Shown here piece after piece: positions 31,850-50,489 of a stretch of DNA of 64,000 bases. The notes beneath the pieces were generated by a model. It did not search any database. It saw only the letters and a program-made list of their open reading frames with translations, and was not told where the DNA came from. Position 1 is the first letter of the stretch. Every line of letters begins with the position of its first letter. The DNA comes from the human T2T-CHM13v2.0 reference genome, Homo sapiens. Where the stretch lies: the NCBI RefSeq assembly GCF_009914755.1, contig NC_060926.1. One strand, 5' to 3'. A program made the position numbers and the translations under genes.

Positions 31850-32803
31850 CTCTTTCACCCAGGCTGGAGTGAGTGGCATGATCTTGGCTCACTGTTAACA
31901 GGTGCCTGCCACCAAACCTGGCTAATTTTTGTATTTTTAGTAGAGACTGGGTTTTAGCATGTTGGCCAGGCTAGTCTCGAACTCCTGACCTCAGGTGATC
32001 ACATCTCGGCCTCCCAAAGTGCTGGGATTACAGGCGTGAGCTGCCCCACCGAGCCTATGTATATATTTTAAATTCTGTGCTATCAATCCGGGAATTAGAC
32101 ATTTAAATTTACTTTGGGCTTTCTTTTCTGGGTGCCAATTTCATACCAGAATCGATAACCGAAATTAATTATATTTTCCTTTTTAAGGATTCTTTTACCA
32201 TCATCCGGACTGGTATAGTCTCATCTCTGTTAATGGAATATAATAATGGAACAAAGAAAGGCACTATTCTAAATAGTTGATAAAGTGTAAAATATCATAG
32301 AACATGATAGAGTAACTCCTCTTTGTCCCTGTTGCCATTCTCTCATTCAGGCTTTTATGGTTTCCTGCCAAGGAGTGGTTTCGTTGTAGGTTTCCCTTGC
32401 TTCATTGTTTGACGTCTCTCCTTTCTCCACTCATCCATCTGCCAGTGCCAGATTAAGTTTCCCAGATCACAATGCTTTTATGACATCCTGGCATCTTCAA
32501 AAAACAAAAAAAAATTTTTTTTTTTTTTTTTTTTTTGAGATAGAGTCTTGCTCCGTTGCCCAGGCTGGAGTGCAGTGTCGCAATCTCGGCTCACTGCAAG
32601 CTCCGCCTCCTGGATTCATGCCATTCTCCTGCCTCAGCCTCCTGAGTAGCTGGGACTACAGGCACCCACCACCACGCCCGGCTAATTTTTTGTATTTTTT
32701 AGTAGAGACAGGGTTTCACCGTGTTAGCCAGGATGGTCTTGATCTCCTGACCTCATGATCTACCCGCCTCTGCCTCCCAAAGTGCTGGGATTACAGGCGT
32801 GAG
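31850..32803 (-). mobile_element. Two minus Alus (~31850-32054 internally deleted; ~32515-32803 AluY-like)
   Basis: Alu consensus. Confidence 0.9.
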
Positions 32804-34232
32804 CATCTTCAACATTTCTAAAGGAAAAAGTTTTGGACTTAACTTGCTTTTCAAGTAGGAGACTCAGTCACAAGTTTGTCTCTCACGGATCATAAAGTTT
32901 GTTTATGTCCATACTTTTTGGTGGCTTTGGCCTTTGAAAGAGGTCCGCTCCTCCCTACTCCTTTCTCTTTATACTTCAGTTCCAGTATCTTTCCGGGTCT
33001 AGCTCAAGTTCTTTCTCTGTTATGGTATGTCCATTTTTCAGTCATATCTTCAGTGCCTAAACTTTTCATGTGCTTTATTGTCCTATTTATTGCAGGATAA
33101 TCACTTTGGATTCCACTAACATTTGTTGATGCTGCCATATACCAGACACACAGTGGTATTACACCATGCTCTACATCATTTAGTCTTCAGGATATTCCCA
33201 TCTTAAAGATGTGAGGAAACTTGGCCACAGTCATCAGTCTAATAAGGGAAATTTTCTATTATACTAGTAGGGAACACTCAGGATCTTCTACTCTGACCTC
33301 CTCATTTTACTGATGAGAAAACTCAAGACCTAAAGTATCTATGGGACTTGTCTAAGGTCACATATAGGATTGGAACTAGGGTCTAGTTTTAAATGGGAAA
33401 GCTCTGGGGACTCTCCCATTGCACAAGCCCATATGGTTTTACATTTGTTGAATACGTGGTCTCTTCAACTAGACTGTGAATGTGCATGGGACAGTGGAAA
33501 TAACAGTTTTGAAATCAGACCTGTGTTTAAATCTTACCTTTTTTGCTTTTTAGTACTTTAGTTTCCTCACATACGAAGGTAGTCATATCACTTAACATTC
33601 AAAGTTGTTGTGAAGGTTAGAGTTATGGTGTGTAAAGCATGTTATTTATAGTACGTGTTATTTACAGTGGTAGGCTTTTTATGAATAACAGTTATTTCTG
33701 CATTTCTCAAATAAACTTTGAGGACAGGTTCAGTGCTTCATTCATTCTTTATTTCCCCAATCAGTGCATGCAGGTAGTTAGGCCTGGAGCTGTTGGTTTA
33801 AGAAACATCAGCATATAAATGATAACTAAGAAGATTAAGTCAGGAATCCCAGGGAAGACTGCCTTGAGAGAGAAGAGAAGAGGACATTGGGCATTGAAGG
33901 GATGGACAGAAGGTAGAGGTTCTTCAGAATGGGAGAGATTGGGTTGTGCCAGAGGAGTCTTGCTGTTAACCCCAAAATCTGATCATATAGTGCGGTTAGT
34001 TATTTGACACTCTTTGGGTGGAACAGCCAAGCTTTGGAGCTGGGAACGTTTTGTTTTGCAAATAAAGTACAGCACTTATCTGACCAGAACCTGTGTCATA
34101 CAGAATATATTAGGGAAAGGTGGTGGTGAAGGAAATTCTCCAATAATGGGAAAGGACATTTCCAGTATTTTGTTAGGACATTTTCTGTTTGATTCTCAAC
34201 GGTATTTTGTACCCTTTTTTGTTTTTTAACAG

Positions 34233-34316
34233 ACTTGTAAAGAAACCAAGGATGTTAGTGCTCTGACAAAAGCAGCTGATTTTGTGAAAGCTTTTATTCT
34301 CGGCTTTCAGGTGGAG
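34233..34316 (+). CDS. PNO1: PNO1 exon 3 (TCKETKD...GFQVE)
   Basis: AACAG acceptor after T tract, GAG|GTGAGT donor, 84 nt. Confidence 0.96.
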
Positions 34317-34402
34317 GTGAGTAATTCCATGATATCTAAAATGGGGACTTTAAAAATATTCAATGTGAACATTTCAATGGATTAGGCATTAAAAAAAAAA
34401 AA

Positions 34403-34966
<564 letters not shown>

Positions 34967-35095
34967 TTAGCAACTTATATATATATATATACACTTTGTG
35001 TCCTTTAGAGAAATTTAGTTTATGATTAAACTTTATGTGGAATGGGTGGTACACTAGAATGGCTTGCCTCCTGAGATCTTGCTTTTCTTGTTTAG

Positions 35096-35213
35096 TTAAA
35101 CCCCTAAAGGGAGACCATCTATCCAGGGCAATAGGAAGAATCGCTGGCAAAGGAGGAAAAACCAAATTCACCATAGAGAATGTGACACGGACAAGGATAG
35201 TTTTGGCTGATGT
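35096..35213 (+). CDS. PNO1: PNO1 exon 5, KH domain with GKGG loop
   Basis: [28 protein letters not shown]; TTTAG acceptor, GT|GTAAGT donor, 118 nt. Confidence 0.97.
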
Positions 35214-35328
35214 GTAAGTATCTGATCTTGAGAAAATTATTGTCATAATTTATATTTGATCTTTTGTTTTAAGAAAGTCATAACAGTTGTATTTTATGCA
35301 TAATGTTGCTGCTAAATCTTTGTCAGTG

Positions 35329-35653
35329 CAGATGCTCCTCATAAATCCATCATAAATTGAAAATATCATAAGTCTAAAATGCATTTAATATGCCTGACTT
35401 ATGGAACATTATAGCTTAGCATAGCCTATCATAAACATGGTCAGAACACACATTAGCCTGCAGTTGGGCAAAGTCATCCGACACAAATTCTACTTTATGA
35501 CAGAGTGTTGAATATTGAATACTGTACTAAAAATGAAAAACAGAATGGTTGTATGTGTATTTGAAGTAGAGCATTCTGAATGTGTATCACCTTTGCACCC
35601 TTGTAAAGTTGAAAAATCCCAGTTCGAACCGTGTTAAGTTGGGAATCATCTGT
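35329..35653. mobile_element. MER47-like Tigger MITE (related copies at ~37388-37590 and ~48327-48630)
   Basis: CAGATGCTCCTC start and ...CATCTG end; internal ATTAGCCT.CAGTTGGGCAAA shared with the 48327 copy. Confidence 0.7.
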
Positions 35654-35798
35654 ATACTTTTGGGTGAATAGATGGTCACCAACTTTGAAAGAGGCTTAAG
35701 TTGAGAAAATTTAAGAAATTATATATTCTTTTCTCATTTAACAATGAGGAAATGCTATTAAAAGAAATTATTACAGGTGAAGATTTAAATAATATCTC

Positions 35799-36142
<344 letters not shown>

Positions 36143-36754
36143 TCAAGGGAATCTATTAAATCACTAGGGGAGAACAAGCAATCACTATTTCAGATGCCCT
36201 TGTGAGTCTTTAGAAGTATATATCTACTTTATGTATATACATATATATGTTAAGGCCTTTTATAAAAGGAGGGGAATATCGTACATTAGGCAAAACTAGA
36301 GAGCAGTTATATGTGAACATAAACAAGATGAGAGGGGCTTAAAATAAAGGTGCCAGAAGTGAAGCTGGGATTACCCCTGTCTGAGGTTGAAGCTGCCCAG
36401 GCTGGGGATCTTACTGGCAGATGGCTCAGAGATTATATAATGCCATGAAGTTGGGAAACTGAACAGTTGACTGAGAGGAGGAGGGTTCTGCCTATGACTA
36501 AATTCTGAAATAATTTCATTTAATATCTCAATTTTGCTCCATACTGAAGGACTCTTCATTATATAGAACCTAAATTTTGTACATTCTTTACACTTTAAGG
36601 ATAACTATACTACTGTGTTGGTGGCCCTCTTTACCTGAAGCCAGGCATATAATTATATTGTTTGATCTTTTATGGATTGAGCCTAGAGTCAGAAATATGG
36701 AGCCTTGGGAGAAGCTATTTTGAACTGGAAATGTGCAAATGCACACCACATTTA

Positions 36755-37365
<611 letters not shown>

Positions 37366-37636
37366 TAATTAATTTAAAATCCATATACAGATGCTCCTCA
37401 CCGTATGGTGGGGTTACGTCCAGATAAACCTGTTGTAAATTAATGATCTCATAAGTCAGAAGTTCATTTGATACTTCATTTGATATCATAGGATACTTCT
37501 CTTTGAAAACTGAAGAGCATTCCGAGTGTGTACCACTTTGGCGCAATTATAAAGTCAAAAAAAAATCTTCGGTTAAATCATCAAGTCATGGACTGGCTGA
37601 GTAGCCCTGAAAGCTTTCATGAATTTAGAAATCCAT

Positions 37637-38257
<621 letters not shown>

Positions 38258-40531
38258 CTAAAACTAACTGATTTGCCAATGAAATTATATAGTCTGTCAT
38301 TAAGTTTATTACTGGTAAATTTATAAGTATATTTGTAAGTGTTAACCTAAAATTTACTAGTTAAACCAACGTTTTAGAAGTTTATTGTGGCATAATTTAC
38401 ATACAATAAAATTCTATTGTTTTAAGTATCCCGTTCAATGAGTTTTTGGCAAATGTATATTGTAGTCCCATGACACTCATACAGTTCTCTTACCCTGAAA
38501 GTTCCCTCGTGCATCTTTATGGTCAGTTGCCTGCCCCCACCCTTTTCTGGGACAACCATTGCTCTTGTTTCTGTCACTCTTATTTTGCATTTTCTAGAAA
38601 TTCATATAAATGGAAATACACAGTATGTAGGCTTTGGTGTATGACTTCTCTTAATTAGCATGTTATTTTGGATTTCTCCATTTTGTTGGGTGTATCAGTA
38701 GTTCCTTTTTATTGGCAAGTACTATTTCATTGCACAGGTATACTGTTGACCCTTGAATATTGCAGGGATTAGGGATGCTGAACCCCTAACATGGTTGAAA
38801 ATCCATGTATGTATGACTTGACTCTCCCAAAACTTAACTACTCCTGCTTTTGGCTGGAAGCTATACCAATAACAAACAGTTGATAAACACATATTTTGTA
38901 TGTTATATGTATTATATACTGTACTCTTTCATAAAGTAAGCTAGAGAAAAAATGTTATTAAGAAAATTATAAGGAAGAGAAAATCTATCTACTCTTCATT
39001 AAGTGGAAGTGGGTTATCATAAAGGTCTTCATGGTGAATAAGCTAAGGAAGACGAGGAAGAGGGGTTAATCTTGCTGTCTCATGGGTGGCAGAGGAGGAA
39101 GATGTGGAAGGCGAGGCAGGAGAGGCAAGCATACTCTGGAACTTTACAGAAATACATTGTAATTTCTGACTTTTTTGCCCTTTCACTTCTCTAAAAATGT
39201 TTCTGTAGGGTACCAATCCTCTTCCACAGTTTTTAGTTTCAGTGCCCACGTCATAAAAGGGTCTATGTCATAAAAGACGTCAAAAGCATCTTGAATAATC
39301 AGAAACCTTCTGCCAAATTGTCTAATGTCACCTTGTTTTCTGACACTGCTGCTTCTACATCATCTTCCTCATCACCCGGCACTGCTTCAGAAGCACTCAC
39401 CTCCATCAAGTCGTCTTCTGTTAATTCCTCTGGCATAGTGTCTGTTAGCTCTTGATTTCTCCGTGATCCATATCTTGAAACCCTTCACCCCTCACTTTTG
39501 GCCATATCCACAGTCTCTTTCATGATTTCTTGTTTGGCTCTGTCGTAAATCCTGTACTGTCATGCAAAACCTCTGGACATGGTTTTCTCCAGCAGGAATT
39601 TATAGCTGCAGGCATGAGGCTTTCACAGCTTTTTCCATAATAATGACAGTGTCTTCAATGGCATGGTCCTTCCAGACTTTTATGATGTTCTTTCCATCGA
39701 GTTCTCTTCCATAGCATTGACACTATTTTCCATAGAGTAGTGTGTGTAATGAACCTTAAAGGTCTTTATGACTACCTGTTCTGGAGGCTGAATTAGAGAG
39801 TGGGTGCAAGGAGACCACTTTGTTGCCTTTCGGTATTGAACTCATGGGGTTCTTGGGTGGCTGGGACATTGCTCAACATCAAAAGAGCTTTAAAAGGCAT
39901 TCCTTACTGGCAAGATACTTCCTGACTTCAGGGAAAAAGCATCAATGGAATCAATCCAGAAAAAGAGCTCTCCTTGTGCAAGCCTTCTTGTACATCCAGA
40001 AGACAGGCCACTGGTGTTTACCTTTTCCCTTCAAGGATCGGGGTTAGCAGCTTTATAGATAACGGCAGTCCTGATCATAAACCTGACTGCATTTGCACAA
40101 AACAGTAAAGATAGCCTATCCTTTCCTGCATTAAATCCTGGTGTTTGCTTCTCTTCTTTACTAATAATTGCCCTTTGTGACATTTTTTTCCAGAACAGGA
40201 CGTTTTTCATCTGCACAAAAAACCTGTTCAGGCAGATATTATTTCTCCTCAGTGATTTTCTTAATGGCATCTGGGAACTTGTCTGCTGCCCTTTGGTGAG
40301 CAGAAGCTGCTTCTCCTGTTACCCTGACATTTTTAAAGCCACCTCTTTCTAACATTATCGAAGCATCCTTTGCTGGCGTTAAGTTCTCCAGCTTTAGATC
40401 CTTCATTTTCCTTTTGCTGTAAGTTGTCATATAATGACTTAATTTTTTTCTCCATCATATTAGACTCTATAGATGTGTCTTTCTTAGAACAATCCTGCAC
40501 CCACATAAAAGCTGCATTTCCAATTTGAGAT

Positions 40532-41285
40532 TGTCAAGAAAAGAATCACAAGATCTATAAATTTGGAGAGGAAACTTTATTTCTTAGAAAGGGTTGCAGT
40601 CTGCAGGGTGGCCATTCTGACAGGCTGGAAAGTATAGCCTTCAGCAGAGACCAAAAGCAGGCACTCTGAAGGAGGAAAGGATGAGACAGGAATTTATGCT
40701 GAATGCGTTGGCCAAGTATACTTATTTAACAGGTTATAGGAGGAGCTCTGAATATAAGAGGGGTCCTAATGCTTGTATACCGAGTAAATGTACAACCCCT
40801 GGTCGCTTTGGGGTGGAGACTTAACATTTAAAATACCTGACAATTAGATCCTGTATGTTACAAGATGAAATAGGGACAGGGACATGACAACTGAATGCAC
40901 TGCCTCTGGAAGCTGGTAGTACCAGTCCATGGTCAGTGATCTCTTATCAGGAGATGTTACTGGGATCAGTCTCTTGTCCAATCAAAGCTGTAGTTACTGT
41001 TTGTGGAACAGAGTGTGGGAAGAGGGAAGCTGGGGTCAATCTGTATCTAGCTGTTGGTGAGCTGTAATTGTTTTAATATTGTTTATCACAAGGCCAGTGC
41101 TTGTTAAGCTGCTAGAGAAAAAAAAATATCCTGTGGCAATTAGAATGTCATTTACTCTTTAAGTGTAGGGTGTATGACTTAACCCTTGCCCAGGTGGTCT
41201 TAGGTCTTGTTTACAATTTGATATCTTATTGCCACAGTCTGTTCTGTCTTGCCTGGGCGCCTAGGGGCTTTATTTTTATTTTATA
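40532..41285. mobile_element. Solo LTR, probably ERV1 class, inserted in Tigger2
   Basis: Starts TGT, ends TTATA (decayed ACA); 4-bp TSD AGAT at 40528-40531 and 41286-41289; family not assigned. Confidence 0.65.
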
Positions 41286-41291
41286 AGATAA

Positions 41292-41782
<491 letters not shown>

Positions 41783-43020
41783 AGTTCAGCTTTTTCTTGT
41801 ACTGTCATGACTTTTCTGTGCTGCTTTGGAGCACTCCCAACATCACTAGTGGCACTTTATGTGGGACCCACGTTGGGTGGGTCCTATGGTCCCAAAGCTT
41901 ACAATATTGCACTAAGATTAAAAATAGGCAAGAACTGCGAGAAATCACTTTCTACTGTGATAGACAGTTTATTGGAGAGTCAAAACTGCTTATGGGAGAT
42001 AATCAGCATCACATGTGATCAGCATCACATGGCATTCTAAGTGGATACTTGCAACACCTGAGCTCACCACAAGAGCAATAGGTGGTGGCTGTGAAGTTGT
42101 CGTACAGTATGCACTACAGTTAATTTTATGGAGTTATGATTTAATACTGCATCTTTGCATTTGTTTCCATTTCTCTTGACTACAAATGGCATCATATATG
42201 GCTTGTGTTTGTGTGCGTAAGTTTTAATTTTAACTTTTTATAATAGATTTGTGTATATTTTACGGTAGTAAATAAGATAGACTAGTACCTACATACAGTT
42301 TATGCATTCATGACGTAGCTTTTTCTTAATTTTTTTGACATTTCTACGATACTTAGCTCCTCTCTGGGTTTTTTCACATCTCCAAAATATCTTCCAGTAT
42401 ATGTGTTGAAAAAAATTTGTGTGTAACTGGACCTGTGCAGTTCAAACCTATTATTCAAAAGTCAGCTGTATTACATCTTGTTTATCCAGTCACAGTAGAT
42501 GGACTTTTGGGTTGTTTTCAGTTTGTGGCTATGAGAATAATGTTGCTACTGAATTACTTATATCTTTTGTGTTTTCTTACAAACTGAATTACAGACTACT
42601 TGAAATTAAGAGATGTACTATCTCTTGCTTTTGCTGTAGACAGGCTAGTTGGAAATCCACGTTTAACAGTTTATATTAATTATAATAAAGCTGTTAGATG
42701 GGCTGTTGTGTACCTATAAAAGTTATTTTTGATGAGTTGCCAATAACCTGGCAAAATACAGTAAGTATAATGTGAGCCAGATAGAAAACTAAAAACAATT
42801 GGTTCCAGGTATGTTTAATACAGCAGATGGGAAATGATGTTGCCTCTGTGTCTTGAAGCCTCCATTCCTTTCCAACTATTGCCCCATTACTTTGGTTCTT
42901 TGTGCAGCAAAACTACTCCCATCTGTTCTTGTTGTCTTTATTTCCTCATCTGTCATGCTCTGTTTTAAATAATTTTAATCAAAGTTAAACATACACATAG
43001 TTTTAAAAAGCCAAATATTG

Positions 43021-43390
<370 letters not shown>

Positions 43391-45637
43391 TTATCTTAAA
43401 AAATTATTTGTCTCTGTATTTCCAGATATTTTGTTCATATACAGCCTCTTATTTTTCAGATTCACTATTGACTTTCTACCATCAAAGATGAAGATTTAGC
43501 TGTCTTTCACCCCCTTACTTCCACTGCACACACTCAGCCTTTCTGTCACTCCGATTTATTCTTCTCTGTCCTCCTGATGGTCCCCTTGTGGTTTTTGTTA
43601 GATTCGTGTTCAGTATTACCTGAAAACAGAAATCAGTGCTCAGTGTACTTATAGCTGAGCCAGGTGAAATACTGTGACTGCCTTATCTTTCTTTTGCAGC
43701 ATTGTTTTCACTTGAGGAAGTAACTCTTATGTGTCTATGTCCTTTCTTCATTTTCGTCGTACTAATTCAGTAAGAAGCTATACGTTGTCTGTATCTCCTC
43801 TTGATGTATTCGAATGCATCTAATATTTGAGAAATCTCTCCTGGAGATGTTCTGTTCCAAAAACGCCCCCATGCTTTCTGCGTGCATTCTGGCTGCACAG
43901 CCATCATCCTGGGTTCCCTGTCCCCTGCCTCTTGGAGTCTCTTTCCCAGAGTTCTGCTTCTTGATATTCCTGCTGCTGATTTAGGCATCAGTTGACTTCG
44001 GTCTGCACAGTCAGTTCCATCTCCTCCATCTGCTTTCCACCTTTTTGGACTTTGCTACTGTTATTACTCTCTTCTTCCTTTTGGGCTTACATCTTTCCTG
44101 TCATTTTAGTGGAGTTTGAGGAAGGAGCATTTGTAAATGTTTGTTTTGTTCATCTGCAGGTGTCTGGAGGAAGAGCATTACAGAGGAAGGGGAAAGCACA
44201 AAGATCTTGAGTTGAGGGCACATCTGGCAGTGAGCGAGGAGGCTTGACCAAGGATGAAAGGGAGAGAGCGGAGAGTGACAGATGAGTCAAAAATAATAGG
44301 GCCTCACTGAGGTCATCATAAGGACTTTGGCTTTTACTCGGAGTGAATAGGAAGTCATTGGATGATTGTGAGCAGAGGAAGGGAGGTGGGATGTGAGGGG
44401 GCGAAGGGCAGTGAAGGTGAGTAGGATCCATAGATGGGAGGTCCTGGGGTAGGGGTGAAGGATTATTTGTGTTGATATGAGTGGAATGACAGAAAGTGGT
44501 GAAGGGAGAGTTGGATGTTTGAAATCGAAATTATGGGGGGGTTGCAGTTTTTGGTAATGACCAAGTCCAGGGTGTGACCATGGATGGAAGAGGCTGGAGT
44601 AGGGTGGAAAACAAGACCCCATGTTGGCATAAAGGATATCAAGGACCTGAGAGGCTGGCATGTTGGGATTATCATCTTCATGGGTATTGACATGATCGAG
44701 CATGGTGATGGGGAATAGCAAGAGAAAGCAAGCCAAGAGCTAACATCTTCACAGGTGATCTGTAGGGGCAGCTGAGGACCGCAGCCAGGCAGGGTGGTGG
44801 GTGATGTGGCCTCAGAGCAGATCCAAAGCCAAAGGGTTTTTAGGGAGGCAAGAGGGAGAGCATGTGGTCTGGATGTGGCATGAAGACACCTGCTCCTCCC
44901 CCAGGCCCAGAGGTACCTGGTTTGTGGAGGAAGAACTGGCCACCATTTGAGATCTGGCCTTAGTTGAAGCCAGAAGGTGAAGGGAATATTAACAGGGGTT
45001 GAAGATATAGAAGCTTTAGCTGATTTGTACAGGGCACAGTGAAAACAGTTTGGAAGATGGACTCAAAAAGGCAAAATTGTATCTTGTCAGTTTTGTCATT
45101 CAGTAAAGAATGCCCATTAAAAGGGTCTAAATGATCCTCAGAGCCCTGAAGAAATTTAGATAATCTTTAGGAAACTTTGCAGTTGAAAACCAATTATGTT
45201 GAAATTGAGTACAGTATTGCATTTATGGGTATTCAGTAACCAGCTCTGCCAGTGTGTCGTCTTGGGCAGGCTTTTTGATTTCTTATAAACTTCTCTCCTC
45301 ATCCGTAAAACAGGAAGGTCATGTGAGGATTAATGAGGGCATGCATAGAAAGCCCTGGCACATAAAGCACTCATAGGATGGGAGCCATCATTAACCAAGA
45401 ATCTTCACAAATTTTTCTTTTTCAAACAATTCTTTGTCTTTTCTAATAATTTTTTATTGGGATACAATTCATATACCATAAAATTCACCCTTTTAAAAAG
45501 TGGTTTTTAGTATATTCATGGAGTTGTGCAGCCATAACCACTGCCCTCATTAAAGAATCTGACTCAAATATCATGATTTTCCAGCATTTTTGGAGTACAG
45601 GACTTAGGTAAGGAAATGCTTTTTTGTCTACAATGTC

Positions 45638-46434
<797 letters not shown>

Positions 46435-46923
46435 AGAAGTAGAAATACTTTTGCTTAGATTCCATTTGTCTGCAAGAGAAGAGAAGGTGTTTATTGGGTA
46501 ATATTGCTTAAATCTTTGCTGCCTTCTTGATAAGGTGCAGAGAAAAACCATTCCAGAATAGCAGGGAACATCACATTTTAGGTTTAACAAAGGAAGAGCT
46601 GCTGAACAGCTTCAGGCAATTTAATTGATCCACTTAACCCATTTTCTTGATCCTGCAGCAAAGTCAGTACTTTCTGATAAGAGTTGCAGGATCTTAGCGG
46701 CTTGCTCAGAAAATTGGGATTTTCTGGTTCTCAGGCCTCAGTGATTGGCTTCTTTTTGAAATATTTTAACAACTCAGTGCCTTTCGCTCTTAGAAGTTTA
46801 AAATATTTTTTGGAGAATATTTGGGTATTATTTCTGTTAAGGTTTTTTTTTTTTTTTTTTTTTTTGTAATTTCCAATTAAAATGTCTCTGTTCTTTTTAG
46901 GGTTCTAGACCCTTTTTCACGTA

Positions 46924-47234
46924 CAGTCTGCCCTCTGTCTGCAAGGTCCACATCTGCGGATCGAACCAATGGCAGATCAAATACTCAGAAAAAAAATATA
47001 TAAAAATAATGGCAAATTAAAAATAATACAAATTTTAAAACACAATACAGTACTATTTACATAGCATTTGCATTGTATTAGGTATTATAAGTAATCTAGA
47101 GATGATTTAAAGTATATGGGAGGATGTGGGTAGTTAATGTGCATATTTTTTATGTAAGAGACTTGAGCATCCAAGGATTGTGGTGTCTGTGGGAGTCCTG
47201 AAACCAGTCTTCCTTAGACACTGAGGGACAACTG
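46924..47234. mobile_element. MER2-like MITE, complete
   Basis: TA-CAGTCTGCCCTC ... GAGGGACAACTG-TA terminal inverted repeats. Confidence 0.8.
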
Positions 47235-47289
47235 TAGGCGCTATAAATGTGAGTTTATTTGTGTATATACTTTTTTTTCCCCTTTGCAG

Positions 47290-47357
47290 GAAATCCTCCT
47301 TCCAAGGTTTATGGCAATATTCGAGCTGTGGCTAGCAGATCAGCAGATCGATTCTGA
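47290..47357 (+). CDS. PNO1: PNO1 exon 7 coding part (GNPPSKVYGNIRAVASRSADRF*)
   Basis: TTGCAG acceptor; TGA 47355-47357; seven exons total 759 nt = 252 aa + stop. Confidence 0.96.
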
Positions 47358-47800
47358 TTTCAAGTCAGAGACTTTTTATCTTGCCTTTGGACTCTGGTGA
47401 AAAATACTTTACAGTGGTCGGTCACAAGAAACCAGCTGAACAATTTCAGTCATTTGAAGCCTCCGTCCCTTCTTCCATTCTCAGCCAGAAGCATAAACAG
47501 AAAAGAAAGATTTAAGAGGATTCACACTCAACAGGTTTTAGGATAATTTAAATATCAAAAATTGATTGTTATACTTAACACATTAGGTATAATTTATCAT
47601 TTATCTGAAATCACATGTAGCAGATTGCATAGTCTGTAATCCTCTCAGAGGGAAACTTCTTGTTTAAACAGCTCTATATGGATTTATACTTTTATATTTA
47701 TAAATTTATAACTTCATACAAATTTATAAACATTTCTTTATAAATTGTAATTTAATAGATTATCTCAGAAAAACCTCTCTGAATGATGACCCTTCCTTAA

Positions 47801-48116
<316 letters not shown>

Positions 48117-48770
48117 TGATGTGTGAATATTTGAGAGGTCATAAGCAGTGGTTTTGGCCATACCGTATTATACCATATACATCAGTAAGAGCTCATCTTG
48201 GAACCTGTTTTGCAGTTTCTTGCAGTTTCAAAAATTAAAGACCTACATCACAGGGTTAATGTGAAGAAAGCTTTATTTTTCAAATGAGTATTTAATGAAA
48301 GTATACATAACCAATGTTGGGTATACAGATGCTTCTCAACTTATGATGGGTTTAGGTCCAGATAAGCCCACTGTGAGTTGAAAATACCAAAAGTCAAACA
48401 TCATAGCTTAGCCTACCTTAAAAGGGCTCCGAACACTACATTAGCCTACAGTTGGGCAAAATCGTCTAATACAAAGCCTATTTTATAATAAAGTATGTTG
48501 AATATCTCATGTAATTTTTGAAGATTACATTGAAAGTGAAAAACAGAATGGTTGGGTACTTGAAATACAGCTTCTACTGAATGAATAATTCTAAAGTTGA
48601 AAAATAATAGTAAGAACCATCATAAGTCTGTTTCTTCTAGTAAAGGTGAAATGATGAAAGAATGCTTTTTTCCCACCCAAAAAACTATGCTCTATAAATG
48701 CAGATTAGCTAGTTTCTGCCTGTTTAAATGGTATTATTTTATACATTACAAAATGGAAGGAACTTACTTT

Positions 48771-48776
48771 ATTAAA
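48771..48776 (+). terminator. Candidate PNO1 poly(A) signal ATTAAA (alternative AATAAA at 48487-48492)
   Basis: Hexamers 1.1-1.4 kb past the stop; usage cannot be determined from sequence. Confidence 0.5.
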
Positions 48777-50183
48777 CTTAACTTTGATACTTCTCTTATG
48801 CATCTCTAAAACCCTTGATGAAAACATGTAAACTTCAGTAATGGCAGTATTAGAAAGTTCATGTAGGAACTAAAAGAAAAATTGTTAAGCTTGTTTCCTT
48901 TATATCATCAGTTACATATCCCACTGTTCTAAGCTAGTTTGTACAGTATGTGGGATCGGATATACTTAGATATTTTTAAAAATTTCATTCATTAATGCTT
49001 TTTTTGCAAAATACTCAACTGGGAATCCAACTGGAAATTGCTGAGTATGTCCCACCTCAAATTATTTTTTTATCCTTTGGCAACAGCAGCATGGAGCAAG
49101 GATATGTACAATGATATCAGATCCTTTTACTCATACCTTTTTGAAAAAGATTTGGGACTTTTTTATTCTGGAGTCTGTACAGGTTTTCAGAGGTACTTGC
49201 CTACCTTCATCCTTTCCCCAGGAAGTTAAATTCAAAATTGTGACTATTTCATTTACTTTCCTGGGGAATGGGCCCATGCCTGTAATCAGGTTTTCCAAGC
49301 ACTTGGACTGAATTGAACCATTGCTAGGTGACCATAAATGTTTTGAATCGACTTTCAAGGAATGGAGGAGGCAGGAAGTTAAAAGCATCATTTCAACTGC
49401 GAAAATATGGGTTATCTGTATTAAAGGGAAATAACGTTTTGGTATTATCCAAATTACTTCCCCTTTTGAAGATTTCCTATGTAATTACAACTGTCAGTAA
49501 TACAAGAGAGCAAATATATTTCCCTGGCAGCTGCTAAAATTTGGAATGCTGAACGTTGGTTTAAGGAGTTGCTTTCACCTCCTCCCCACCCCCGCCCGCC
49601 GCTTAGTTAAGCGTTTGTATCTCCTGTTCCCCAGTAGTAGTAGTAGTACTACTTGGGGCTTTTGAAAGGGAGAGAAAATGTTAGGGGAACCCAATTAATA
49701 ATCCTTGGGATGGGAAAGTATGAAGAAGGAATAGAGGTAATAAATTTGACTATCATACTGGCAGTTGATCTTAACCTGGGTCAAATAACTTCATTAAACC
49801 CTTCTCTAAGGCCAAGACACTAAATCTAATACTTCCAACCTTACCTGTTTCTATGGCGCTTGTCACTCTATATTGTAATTATTGTGTCTGCCTGCCACCC
49901 TAAGGCTTATATTTTGGATACTCAGTATCTGGTACGATTTTCTGACATACACTTTACATATGTATTCACTGATACATTGCCTGGGAGATGGGCCTGAGAG
50001 AAGAGCATTTTCTTAGGTATTCGTGGCTGGCAAGAGACCCATGGAGTTTCCTCCTAGTCACTCGCTCCTGAAGAGCTGGGCTCCAACTCTCATGCCACCT
50101 AGAACTAGGAATGGTATGCAAGAAAGCTCATGCTCCTTGGATAGTCATCTTGTCTACTTCTAAGACTGTTAGAAGTAGGTTTA

Positions 50184-50489
<306 letters not shown>

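Noticed and set aside
34308-34320. Tandem donor CAG|GTGGAG 6 nt upstream of the PNO1 exon 3 donor
   Set aside because: Poor consensus compared with GAG|GTGAGT; no supporting evidence
39043-40430. Transposase-like ORF fragments as a possible domesticated TIGD gene
   Set aside because: Multiple frameshifts and stops, interrupted by an LTR and an Alu; ordinary Tigger2 fossil
44150-44736. 93-149 aa minus-strand ORFs
   Set aside because: Purine-rich decayed LINE (L2-like; GHTLDLVIT resembles a LINE endonuclease remnant), not a host gene
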